Shown here: positions 27,796 through 40,134 of the stretch, in pieces | Position numbering within the stretch: the first letter of the stretch is position 1 | Layout: each line of letters starts with the position of its first letter | DNA from: Phoronis australis | Taxonomy: Eukaryota > Animalia > Phoronida | Assembly: GCA_002633005.1 (NCBI GenBank) | Contig: NMRA01000988.1 | Coordinates: forward strand, 1 to 40,134 | Length of the DNA: 40,134 nt | Direction: 5' to 3' | Notes under the pieces: generated by a model | What the model was told of the DNA's origin: nothing | What the model saw: the letters and a program-made list of their open reading frames with translations, nothing else | Databases searched by the model: none | Position numbers and translations under genes: made by a program

Positions 27796-29366
27796 GGTGA
27801 CCATTGAACTAATCACAGTGATGTAAATAGATTCAGACTGGCGTTGTCGATCTAAATGCGAGGGCTTCGCTGAATAGCAACCAGGGGTTGGTTGAGCACA
27901 CCCTTTGTGGATAGGTTTGACTTTTGTATGTGACTTTAGTGCTTTACAAGTGAGTTTTTGTTCACTTGATTTTGTTCACTTGCGACCTTGTTGTTGGGTT
28001 TGGAGAACTGCTTGAGAATGATGGATTGAATTTCTTCGAAACATTTGACTCGTACATACATGTATGAATGATAACAACAACCGTGGTGGGCCGGGTTTCT
28101 GCTGCTTATTTTGACCCAAAACCAACATCGTCAAAAGGTTTCTGGTTGTTAAAGAACGGACGGGCAAGCATCTCTTTTGTAGCCTTGAAAGTGAAGTAGA
28201 CTGTGAATAGCTCATTACATCCGTTGCGGCTTCGGAATTTATACTGTATATAGACATCTTAACAACAAACTCACTCCGCCAAAGTAAAATTTAGTTACAA
28301 TGTTGTGTTATCGTAAACGTTACATTTGTTTGGGTGACTTTCCTGTTACCCCAATTCATAAGTCATTCTTTGCAGTATTTCACACCCGCCGTGTCTCACT
28401 GTGTGTGTCGTCACGGCTTATACTCTGTGGTGGCATTACTGCGTCATTTTATCTTCACATGAGAATGAAACAAGTAAATGTTTCGAAATATCGTGTGTCT
28501 TTTAATTATGTCGCTAGGTCAGTTACTGTATCTATGTTCAGTTGAGAGTAGAGTTTTGTTCCGAAAGTACGAACGTAACGGAATTAAGACTGTGAATAAT
28601 GAAAAGTGTCGTGCATTTAACAAATTCTGCATCGTAAACAAGAGGCAAGTTTACGAGTGCAGAGCGTTATAAAGAAAGCCGTACCCTGCAAAATACGTAG
28701 CAAAGCGACGATGATATTTGGGACAATAAATAGGTTGGAAGTGGACGGCTTATGAGTTTGTACAAGAAATCAGCTATTCACCCGTCCTCTATGTCCACAA
28801 TTGTATAGTGAACTAGATAGGGGGCACTTCGATGAATCCTTAGCGTGATTTTATTACCCACAGGCAACATTAAATTCCGGATTTCCATACATGTCAGAAT
28901 CATACATGGACGTCAACCAACTGGTTACGTGTACACGTTACTATTGTCGACACCTTGTGGTCAAATTGTAAAACTTTTCCTCCAAATCGTTCGTTAGTTG
29001 GCTGCCCTACCTGGTGGTCAAATATAGAAATTATCCGAAGGAACAGATAGCTGGTTAGCTGGTTGACATCTTACATTCAATAGCTGCCCGACCTGGTGAT
29101 CAAATATTCAAGCTATCCAAAGATGAAGAGACAGATAGCTGGTTAGTTGGTTGACATCCAACATCCAATAGCTGTCCCATCTCGTAGTAAAGTCTTAAAC
29201 CTATCCAAAATTAGAGTCACCTTGTTTGTTGGTTGACATCCAACGTCCAATAGCTGCTCCACCTTTTTGTCAAATGGCAAGACGCTGCAAAAGGAGATAG
29301 CAAATGGATGATGTCTCGGCCACAACAGGGGGTATTTAGTTTAATTGGATGTGAACAAACTACCAG

Positions 29367-29563
29367 TGCCTGTTGCAACAAAATAGTCACTTACACGTAG
29401 TGTTCCCGTTATTTAAATGATGGGGCTCAAGTGAAGTACTCCTGTCTGTTGCATCAAATAGTCATATACACAGGGTATGTCCGTTATTTAGTAGATGGGG
29501 TGGTAGTACCCAAACTTTCTCTCCGTAACATATTACAAGAAAATGCCCGTTATTTAGTAGATG
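29367..29563 (+). repeat. ~79-bp degenerate tandem repeat (2 copies + partial)
   Basis: CTGTTGCA.CAAA.TAGTCA...CCGTTATTTA....GATGGGG recurs. Confidence 0.65.
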
Positions 29564-31594
29564 ACGTAGGATCCGAGTTCAGACAATTGACAGTCCCTAC
29601 AAACAGAACTGATCAAATTAAGCATAAAATGCAAAATTCAAGCCTGTGAATAGCGGAATGTTTAATTGCTGTGCACATATAAAAACAGGGTATGTCAACA
29701 GCTACTGCACCTACCACGAGTGAGAAAATTCAAAAATCAAATTGTCTCCATATCCTCACATGTTTTTCCTATGCCATGTCGTGCGCATTAATAAACGTTT
29801 CAAGTTCACAATTATAACAAACTGTATGAACAATTCAACTACAAACACAAGTGGCGCCTCAAAATCCAATAATCAAATGCTCTGCTTATCTTGACATGTT
29901 TTTCTGAAGCCATTCTTTGTGCACTAATATATATGCACCAACTTTATAAGAACACATTTCATTTCACTGAAGTCTCCATCCAAGATTATAAAAGATCTGA
30001 TTTGTTGTTAATTAACTTGTCTAAGAATTCACTTTAATATTTTGTCACTGCTGTTCCTTGGTATCATTGTGATCACTTATTCTATTTTGAGTGTTCACAG
30101 GCCAGATTAATCCTTTGTTGGCCCACCTACAGCTCATTGGCCCACCCAACCTAGACCATTGCGTGTGGGGCCATAGTACTACAGGCTCATTAATTTTCTG
30201 TTTACAAACATTTTGGCACTTAGACAGCTCAAGCTATCAATGAATGATTGTATATGGACACAAAAAGACCTATGGTCATGTAATAATTGACAGTGAATGA
30301 ACACTACAGGTGTGATGACTTCATTGTCCCACACATGTGAGGAAGACCCAATTGTGTGTAATTATCCGAACCCTAAACTGTAGTAAACATCTCTGCCTGT
30401 ACACAATAGCGAGTTTTCAAAGTGCATTAACAAAAACTTTCGTTAAAGACAAAAACCAAAGCTCTAGTCAGCTGGAAAAAAACAACCAAGTAAGGATTTC
30501 GATTTTTAAAAAACGATGAACTAATAAGCTAAAAACTACAAACATTGGGTACGATTGAAGCTAAATGACCGTGGGTATTGATATACTCTGTGGATTTACG
30601 AGCACTGATCAAAGTTGACAATATCACATGGATTATTCTTTTAATATTCTTTCAATCTCTTTAACCAAATTTTTAACTCGGACACAGTTGTATTTAAATT
30701 GTACCCTCTCATTTTTATGACGACAAAAAGCTAGAATTGTAGTATTGTTTGCTGTGAAATGTCTAGTTTGGCTGCCTGTTCACAATTTACAGAACTAATT
30801 AAGTTTCGTTGACAATCAAAATCTACCACTGTTCTTGTGCTTCAATTTTAAGAATAAAATGAAAAGATATCAACTAACCTGTTCCCGATAAAGAGAAAAA
30901 AGTAAACAGGAGAATTAAAAACGAAATAACTTAAAGTGGTTTGAAACATACTTAAACCATCGTTCCTTTGGGAAGTGGCCCATGGTCAAGTTAAAAACAA
31001 ATTAACTTTTTAGTCGTTTTGTGATATTTAAAATAATAAGTTAAAACTACTCTCCACAGTTGCAATTCTTAAACGGTCTCAGCTGCAACTTCACTATTAC
31101 CACAGGAAACCAACTTGGGTAAAATAACAAGCATCATTGTTGAGACAGAAGTGCTAGCTATTACCTTTTCACTTCATGAGCTCAGATCTACATCAATACA
31201 AAGGGCGAACTAAATGGGCACCCTAAAAGTTGTCTGGGGCTAAGGGAATCTGAGCAGTGACCAGTGTAAGCAAGAAATTCTCCACATGAACTCATCAACT
31301 GTAGCAGTCAAGGGCTGCTTCTCATTTTAAAATCATTTGAAAATAGAGACAAAAAGCAAAATACTTTGTATTTGATAGTGATTTTATTTTGGTTTTAAAA
31401 ATGTTTCATTTTCAAATTTTTAATTGTTTGATATCTGATGTTTTCACGAACACCTGTTATTTTCAATATTTCCATTTTTAATACGAAATATTTTCAAAAA
31501 AATTCTAAGATTTTCTTTTTGAACATGTTATACTTTTCAAATAAATTTCTTTTCCTTTGAAAATATATTGTTTTTTAGCAATTGAATAAAAATT

Positions 31595-32115
31595 TGCTAT
31601 TGTTGGGTGTCAACAAACTAATCAACTAAGTGTCCCTTTGTATAGCTTCATGATTTGACCACCAGGTGGGGCAGCTATTGGATGTTGGATGTCAACCAAT
31701 TAACCAACTATCTGTCGTTTCGTGTAGCTTCATAATTTGACCACCAGGTGGGGGAACTATTGGATGTTAGATGTCAGCCAACTAACTGCATGTTACCTGT
31801 ATCTGCCACTGATCGTTTGTCCACCAGGTAGAGCAGCTATTGCATGTTGGATGTCAACCAACTGGCTACATATTAGCTGTATCAGCCAGTGATCGTTTGA
31901 CCTTCAGCTGGAGCAGCTATTGGATGTTGGATGTCAACCAACAAACCAGCTCTCTATCCCTTTCTATAGCTTCATAATTTAACCACCAGATGAAGCAGTC
32001 ATTGGATGTTGGATGTCTACCAACTAACTACATCTTACCTGTATCTGCCAATGATGGTTTGACCACCAGATGGAGCAGCTATTGGATGTTGGATGTCAAC
32101 CAACCACAAGGTGGC
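31595..32115 (+). repeat. Tandem array, 80/82-bp period, ~6.5 units, two unit types
   Basis: Anchor GACCACCAGG/AG at 31657, 31739, 31819, 31899, 31981, 32061; core CAGCTATTGGATGTTGGATGTCAACCAA. Confidence 0.92.
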
Positions 32116-32123
32116 GTGTGCTT

Positions 32124-32637
32124 CATTACGGCATTTTCCCGTTGCACCCAAGTTGTTCAATTCTATAGCCCAACAACAAGTTGGGAAGTTTACCCCTGTA
32201 GCCAATATCTTACTTAGGTGATTAACTCCATTCTGGCAATTATGGTTGAATTGCTTTAATCTTCAATAATATCGTATCTGCCCCACTGAGCGGGCTGTGG
32301 TGTTAAAAATAAAAGTTAAGGTATAACATATTTGAATATTAACCAATAGCATTTCTGAAATCTTTGTCAAATGGTGATCATGTTTAGTTTTTGAATCGCC
32401 AAAATCGCCCAACTGCAACCGAAGTTACGACGATCTATTCTTTCCAAATACACCAATTCACTCTGATTTTGACTGTGTTCAAACGTGGTCTGTAATATGC
32501 CTGGAAGATAATTAGCCTGCTCGTTGTCATAACAGACAAAAGAGTGTGATTGGCAATTAACAAAGAAGCTAGATGTTGTCACAAGCTCAGGACCCCCTAC
32601 GTCTGGTAAAGTCAACGAACGGGAAAACGCTGTCATG
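32124..32637. mobile_element. ~514-bp MITE nested in the right arm of the foldback element
   Basis: TIR CATTACGGCATTTTCCCGTT vs revcomp CATGACAGCGTTTTCCCGTT (17/20); absent from the left arm. Confidence 0.8.
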
Positions 32638-35600
32638 TGTTGGTTGTCATCCAAGTAAGGTGTACAAATAACTAGTTGGTTGACATCCATGTAAGATTCT
32701 GACATAGGCTTTGATAGGCCCCTCACTTAGCAATGTAGGTTCAGTAAGATGAAGGAAAATTCTGTTTGTGTACAACATTGCTTTTCCTCATCTGATATTG
32801 AATGGGTACCTGTGTTCAATATAAGAGACAATATCAGAATAATCCAGTCTGAATTGAAGCCCTTGTAGAATTAACTGCACATCATTTCACCTCACTTCTT
32901 TGACTTGACTTTGTGCCGTGTTTGCAGTTAACATTTCTCTTAGGAGTTCAGGGAATAAATCATATTAGGCTATGCGTCGTGTACCACTTCCTCGCCTTCT
33001 GAATTTGAAATCGGGACAATTCTGAGTCATAATAGTTTGCACAGCATAGCTGTGTTTTTCACGACCCAAGGTCTGTCGCCACGGACAGCTAAGTTTTGGC
33101 ATGGTGCGTTCCTTCTAGGCAGTAACATCAACGGAAATGCAGTTGAGCCCTGAATGTAGTACTTGTGCGCGTAAGACCACACATGTCCCACACCGGCTAA
33201 GATATCAAAGGCCCGAGTGTACCTTTCGGCTTCACCAAAGATATTATATCCCAAGATGGCCGTCCTAGTGTAATTTGCCTAGTCACACATTTGGAACAGT
33301 GCTACCTATTGGATGGAGCCCAAGTTGTATTCGGAGACCCTCAAGCCAGGTCTGAGCCTGTGGTGAAGGTTGTAATTATCTTGGATAAAAACAAGATTTC
33401 TAGACATAAACCAATTTTGAGGAATTATCATTTATAAATTACTTGAAGAAAACATAATTTTGATGTTGTTTTGCAAATACAATAATTTTTGTGATGTAAT
33501 ACGACTACTTGTAGAATGAAAGCAAACACTATTCAACTGAATAACAAAATTTTTAGATTCCTTTGTAAGCATAGCAATACAATACAATATTAATCTTGAG
33601 GAAACATCATTTGTATTTACGTGGAAGTTTATGCAATTATGATAATATTTAATTATGATAACATTTAACTGTAATTAACTAAGACTTTGCCAGGGCTAAG
33701 ACTGGTATGAAAGCAACCACCTGAATTCAACAGAATGACATTTTCCACATGGTTTTCTAAGTATAGCTACAGAATCAAATAAATATAACAGTAATTTATA
33801 TATTTTAGCATAATATTTTATCATATATTATGTAATATTTATATCATAGTTCTTGTTGCTGAAACACACGGGATAAAATAAATATGAATAATAAATAATA
33901 CGCACTACATAAACTAAAGTAGAGTAATAATAAATAAGAGCATGTAGATCAATATCATTTTTATTTTAACTTTGTAACACATCAGTTCAAAAGACATTAA
34001 AAGCATTGTAATTTAAACACACAATTGATTAATTGTATGAGAACAACATTCCATTTTTAAAATACATTATACAATACATGTCAATACAGATATCTCAGCT
34101 AAGAGACCTCGCACATCTACAGTACTAATGTTCTGGAATAACTGCAATATTAAAAACATTAAATTTGATTTTGCCGAAATACCAATTGTTGTCAGGGATA
34201 ATGTATGTGGTTCGAGGGAACATACACCACCATCCGGTACAGTGAAAATGTTACCAAGAAAAGTTTTCCCACTTATACTGCATATAATTAGTCTACTTCA
34301 GACTAATCAATCAATGATATATGACTATTGACCATTTCATATGAAGACAGTAGCACCAATACAACTGCTTTGGCGTTAACCTCAAACTGTATCTCAGTGT
34401 AATACTAATCCCCAAAGTTATCAAAAATGTATAGTTTAACAGGTTCACGGTAGCCCTTAATTTTAAGTTTTGCAATTCAAACACGCTCTGCTTGGGTCTT
34501 CACCAGGACTAATACAGCAACTCTGATGTCACATAGACATGCCCCTTAGAAGTTATACTTCAAAGAGAGTTTTGCCAGTCAAAAATGAGACCACTTTCCA
34601 CAAGTAGTTAGTATGAAAGACACACACATTCTGATAGGTTGTGGAGTTTAGCAAGTACATGCACGCGCACCCAGCCTAAAAATGGGGGTCTCGAATTTTT
34701 GAGTATGTGTACCTATAACTATGAAAAGATTGATGCAAGTGGACTTTTGTCTCATTTTCTACTTTTTTCGGAGTTTTTGCATCTCTGGAGCAAACTTTTT
34801 TGCCCACTACGCTAAATACGAGGGCTCGATCGAGCTCCAGAGCCCCCTGTATGCGGGCATGGGAAACAAGCTGTGTGAGTACAGCGGAATGTATCAAAGT
34901 CTAAGGTTTGTTTACTGTTCTGAGAAAGAAGTTGACTCAATAATCCCTGTTTAGGGCACAGGCGTCCTCAGCTTCTGATCGTCCCCAATACACTACATAT
35001 AATACTACAAGGTATGACACTCCCGACTAGAAATTCCACGGGTGCTTCACTTCAGCCCTCCATAGCTAACATCAAACTCAATAAATTTACACAAAACAAG
35101 GTTTCAACAAACCATTGGCAATTGTTATTTCTTCCAATACCATTCACGGTGTCCTGTTCCGACGACTTCGTTAGAAATTCGCAGTCAAAGAACAAAAATG
35201 TTTACAAAAAGCCCAAACACACTTCCATCGTGGACGGCTCAAGGTCAAGGACGGTACGGAAATTACCGATGAATTACGGATGGAAATTTCCGTACCGATC
35301 TTAGATTATATTCATCTGCAGTGTACGTTTTAGTTTCAGTTTCACTTTCATCAGGATTAGAGCCTCTTCGGTCATCCAATTGATTGAGTTTTGCATGTTT
35401 CTTTGATCTCACTAGTTTGCACTGTGGGAGAAAACTTGATGACTTAGGAATTCACATGAGCTTGTGTTGACGTTTTGTTTTCAATTTTGCAGGCAAGCTT
35501 TGTGTAAATCCAGAGAAAAATTTCCACCACGCGAAATGAACCGTCCAAAGCCAAACAACCCTGTCAAGGTAAATGTTTTAATAAATCAGTTCTTTAAAGA

Positions 35601-36948
35601 ACAGTGCTGGAATGTACTAACACTTTTGGTTACTCAGAATTAAGGATCTGTGAATTGGGATGTACTAACAAACAAAAATCCAAACCACTTGTGCTATCTA
35701 GGTGGACCTCGGAAGTCACCCCATGAGCCAACACTACGGTATATTATCGTAGTGATGCCTGGTCAGAGACTTTTCTTTTCAGTTGAAAAAGCTTCTCAAT
35801 TTCTTGTAATATCGGGCATCAAAAGCAATCCCAAGTGACCATTTGATGAAAAACCTCAAAGCACTTTGTCATAGCATACCCCAGTCGTTAATTAAGTAGG
35901 CCATCGACAATGCAGTAGCCCCATCACGAACCCCATTTAGCGCCAAAAAAAAAAAACTTGAGACGGCGCTCGCGCCAATCGAAGTCTAAATCGTTACCAC
36001 CAATTTGGCTTTCACTGTGTCTCCACAGTATTGGAATCAGCTATGACTGGCCATTTAATTTAGTGCAAAATACGTGGAAAATCAAGGAAACATATTAATT
36101 CTTTACTTCATGTCAGTTAATATTAAAATTGATCAAAATCATTACCTTTAGAAATTTTTATTCAACTATTTAGCACATATTCTAATACGGGCCGGTATGG
36201 GAATCCCAGGGAGTGTGACTGAGGCCGTCGAAACAGCCGGAAAAACAAAACGCTTCTCTGAATTGTTATCAGCAATTTCACAATGTTTATTATAAAAAGT
36301 AATTTGCTTGATACAAAATCTTTGATGTTAGGAAATTTGCGTTCATGACTTTTTCAGTGAAGCCGAAGTTGTGAACGCTGCGCGATTCCAATACGGGCGA
36401 CTGTCGAGTGTGTGTGTCCCGTATTGGTATAGGCGACAATAGGCCTTTTAATTTGGTGCAAAATACTTAGAAACGTTACAACATATATCAGCTTGATCTT
36501 TTCGTACAAAGAAATTATAATCAAATTCATTGAAACTTTATATCAGAAACTAAATTTTCAAAATAAGTGGCCTTGAAATGCTGCAATCCGTAGCCTAATC
36601 GCCGCCATTTTGACTCGGTCAACCTAAAAAAATTGAGAATTTAATAGCAACACAACATTGTGAGTGTCTGTAATAAATTAAAACTACGAAATAAAGTCTG
36701 GATGGCATGAAAACACACCCAGTCATAAGAATTTGTAATCAATTGAACGTTTTAAATTCACTAGTATCAGAAATCCGTTAAGCCTAAGGAAACGACCCAA
36801 TTAGACAGAATATTCCGGATTTGGGCCGCATTCCCTATACTCTAGGCCAGAACAGTAACACGAAACGTTGAAGTGCACACTGCAGCTTTTTTTTTAGCCA
36901 GCCAGCTAGCTGTTTGAAGACTATCGCCAAAATACAGCAAGGTAACAC

Positions 36949-39541
36949 CAAGGAGTGTACGAGTATAGGAGAGTTCACTCCGCCATTTTACCATTCGCCG
37001 CAATGGTTAGTGGTCGAAACACTAGCGCTCCAAGCGGTGAATAATCAACACTTAGTTTGGCGCGCAGTCCGAACAATGTAAACGCTAATGAATTCATACT
37101 TTAATGACATTCAACGTGCAATAAAATTACTGTGTGATTGAAAATGGTTAGAATACATAAACTAACACCCACTTACAATAGAATGAGAAAGAAAATGTGT
37201 ATTTTAATCAATATTAAAGTGTATTTGTTTTTATTCTCTTGAAGCTCCCTTCAAAATTCTTCATGGTTTTGCTTCATGTTTGAGTTCTTAACACGGCAAT
37301 TATCGTTCCTTATAACAGTTCATACCTCCATGGACTACATTATTTGAATGATTGCCTCTGGGGGTTCAGAGGGGAATTCCCCCAGGTGCCAGCTAAGGGG
37401 GTTACCAGGCAAAAACCGGCAGGTGGGCGCCAAATGGGTGTTGACCCCCTCCCAGGGAGGTTACATGGGAGGAGTGCTTAACAGGTAAAAACCAATAGGT
37501 ATGTATGCCACATGGGTGTTGAGCCCCTCCCATCGTCACACATTTTGGTTGCTGCCCTGACCATTGACAAACATGTTGCTCCCAGCTCACTGCTGGTTTC
37601 ATCTCCACCCAACAATTTCGCATGTGTTCCCTATTCAAGGCATGAGGCTACTGGCAATGCAGACAATTGTTTTGTGCAGTGGGTGTTACATAAGTGAGAA
37701 GAAGAAAGCAAGGCAATTCATCACTACCACAAAATCGTAATACAATTTTAGAACATTCCAACATTTCTTAGAAATGCCAGTATAGGGCTCAATCCCACTC
37801 TCCCACTCACCAACAGTTACAAGTCAATTGCTAATCTGTAGAATAGCTCACAACGTACCAAATGAAGTAACATTGAGTATATCATCACTCATAACTAGTC
37901 AAAGTTCAAAATATCATGACAAAAAATTAAGAGGTACTAAACAGCAATCAAAATATTCACTACCCACATAACTTCATACATAATTGAATTAAAAGGACTT
38001 GGATGATAAAACCAAAATTTCATTTTATATACCAACTGTTCCTATTAGTAAATATTTCAGGTAAGTTAAAGCCAGACCACAAGATCATATCTGATACCTA
38101 TCCTTAAATTAATAACAATCTCCACAAACGTACAAAACAGGCAACACATACACCAACCAATACAACAAGAAAATCTGACCAACCTTGTCACTCTCTATTA
38201 ATTCACTAGCAAACAACAGCACTTTTCGCCAAAGAAATGTGATATAAATAAAACTGAAAACTCACAGAGGTGTTTGTCACCCAGAAGCAAAATGATACGG
38301 ATAGCTTTGGTTTAACAAAATTTCAACCCACCACTCAGACTCTGAATGATCCATCAGTTTCACTTTGACTCTCTCCAAATCACAGGCTAACCATTCATAT
38401 TATGTTTCAATCTGATCAACCTTAGTAAAATATGAAAACCAGATTTTGCGGACTAATTGTCCTTTCTACACGTGAAGTTCCAGTACTTGCTTTGTGAGAC
38501 GATAATCAGAAATGCAAAAAAGCCTATTCCAGAGCTGTAATATAATTTCCGGAGAACTTTTTGACCTTGACATCTTCATTTTTGGTAGATTCGGGACATC
38601 AAATATTGTTCGGGCACTGCAGTCAATACCAGCTTGTTCTTCATTCATGAACATGGACTCCTCGAAGTGATGAGAGCATAACTTGCGGTTCTTGGACAAA
38701 TAGGTTGCAACTCTATTCATATGGTCAGCTCCCAGCGCTTGCACCTGAACAGAAATCAATGACTGAGAGACTCAGAAACAAAGCTCATACTCACTAGGTT
38801 CACAGAAGACTGCTAGCTTACACTAAAGTACACTGCACTACAGAATTCCTGTCGTACTGTGACACATAGAATTAAGTTTTCAATGACGCACTACTTAACT
38901 TAATTGGTCCAACTGGCACATTAAAATTATGTTCGTATTTTTCACCTTTTCACCGAGACCCACAGATTCGCTAACTTGACTCATGACAGACTTAGTGGCC
39001 CTGTGGCTGTGATTGTGTCATGGCTGTGTCACCAGTCATATTACTCATGGCCATCATGGGCATGGGTATGTTTTCCTAAAATTGTCCCTGCGATCGTACG
39101 GGTGACATTTTGATTTGGAATTGATGGACTGCAAGTATCCAAAAAGCTGACGATCACATCGTACGTTCACCATAGTCCTTCCGCCGGCAGCCCGGTTGTA
39201 CAGTAGGCCTAGCCTACACTGCAGACAACAGAGCAGTGGCAACGGGACTGTGATCGACTTGTCTAACAACCGTGAACAGAACACACAAACTGAAAGCCAA
39301 TGTATCATTTTATTGATTAACAGATAATCCTTACCTTTCTGGATCCCTAGGAAACCTAAAAAATGACACGTCTTGGGTTTTCGTGGATGAATTCACGAAA
39401 TTTATCGCACTGCAAAATGCGTCCTTCCCCGTTGTTTTGGCGCTTCCTTGTTGACAGTTGCTTGTTCACCACTTGGCGGCGCTAGTAGTAGCGGTAACGG
39501 CGAACTCACAAGTGAACTCTCCTATACTACTACACTCCTTG
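36949..39541 (-). mobile_element. Non-autonomous P-superfamily DNA transposon (31-bp TIR, 7-bp TSD GTAACAC)
   Basis: CAAGGAGTGTACGAGTATAGGAGAGTTCACT vs revcomp CAAGGAGTGTAGTAGTATAGGAGAGTTCACT (29/31); GTAACAC at 36942-48 and 39542-48; internal THAP remnant. Confidence 0.9.
38570..39432 (-). pseudogene. Spliced THAP-domain (transposase N-terminus) pseudogene
   Basis: Exon 39432-39335 (ACG)GKDAFCSAIN(F)VNSSTKTQDVSFFRFPRDPER|gtaagg; 590-bp intron; exon from 38744 RCKRW...KLCSHHFEESMF...LTAVP/TIFDVPN with frameshifts. Confidence 0.88.
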
Positions 39542-40134
39542 GTAACACTGTGAATTGAGCTCTGTTGAACCATACACTATAGACCTCATACAGGCCGGGT
39601 ATGAGTTGTGTTAGTCACCTCGTCATGAAACTTATATCGCAGAGCCAACGATCGACGGCCAGGGTGCATGCAAAATCTGGGAGACACTCACCCTGCCCGT
39701 TGCCAGTCGTTTATGGGAAGAACAATATAATAAACGTCATTTTCTAGCATTACTCTGCGCCTTCTGAGTTGTGTAACAAAGAAAGTCTGTCGTCGTTTTG
39801 AAAACAGTACGCTCGTGACACGCGCTCGCGCCGTACTAAAATTCTGCGACTACTTTTGGGACAGCTTTGCAGCAGTAAAGTTTGTTCTAAATTCGGTTTG
39901 CTGGTCTAATACATGCTAAGGGCTTTTCCAGCAAAATCTGTATGGGAGGGGGAAGGCACTTTTAATTCGTACCCACCGCCCATATTTTTCATTTATTTCT
40001 CCAACCCATGACCCATAATTTTTTAATTATTTTTAATAGGTTAAAATATAAAATCCAACACTTGCAAACAAATTGCCTCCAGGAGGACCTGTTAAGAACT
40101 TAGATGATTGACAGACAAGAACTAGTTGTCTTGT

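Larger units (their letters stand above)
28891..32705. mobile_element. Foldback-like element: ~50-bp terminal IRs plus inverted arrays of ~81-bp repeats
   Basis: ATGTCAGAATCATACATGGACGTCAACCAACTGGTTACGTGTACAC vs revcomp ATGTCAGAATCTTACATGGATGTCAACCAACTAGTTATTTGTACAC; arrays at ~28950-29280 and ~31595-32115 lie in opposite orientation. Confidence 0.7.

Noticed and set aside
31595-32115. CRISPR-like repeat/spacer appearance
   Set aside because: The spacers are homologous to each other, the repeats are degenerate, the context is eukaryotic and no cas genes are present.
34658-34861. Possible MITE CATGCACGCG...GCGGGCATG
   Set aside because: TIR short and imperfect with no TSD; insufficient support.

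Overview
Eukaryotic (invertebrate metazoan) genomic DNA, AT-rich and dominated by repeats. It contains two same-strand cytoplasmic-type actin genes: a complete 4-exon gene (834-3113, 376 aa) and a paralog whose 5' half is hidden by an assembly gap (N at 10780; visible exons 10781-11638). Both are preceded by a positionally conserved triple-CArG + TTCCGAGAA promoter module, and their exons show a mosaic identity pattern suggesting gene conversion. The rest is mobile DNA: a decayed APE+RT LINE (21446-25777) interrupted by a DIRS-like insert carrying a nested MITE, a Penelope-like RT remnant, a ~3.8 kb foldback-like element with ~81-bp subterminal arrays (28891-32705), a non-autonomous P-superfamily element with 31-bp TIRs, 7-bp TSD and a spliced THAP remnant (36949-39541), several MITEs and tRNA-derived SINE-like heads, and local duplications. 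No prokaryotic systems and no convincingly new protein-coding system were found; the most unusual signals are structural or regulatory. All alignments were done by eye and no database searches were run.
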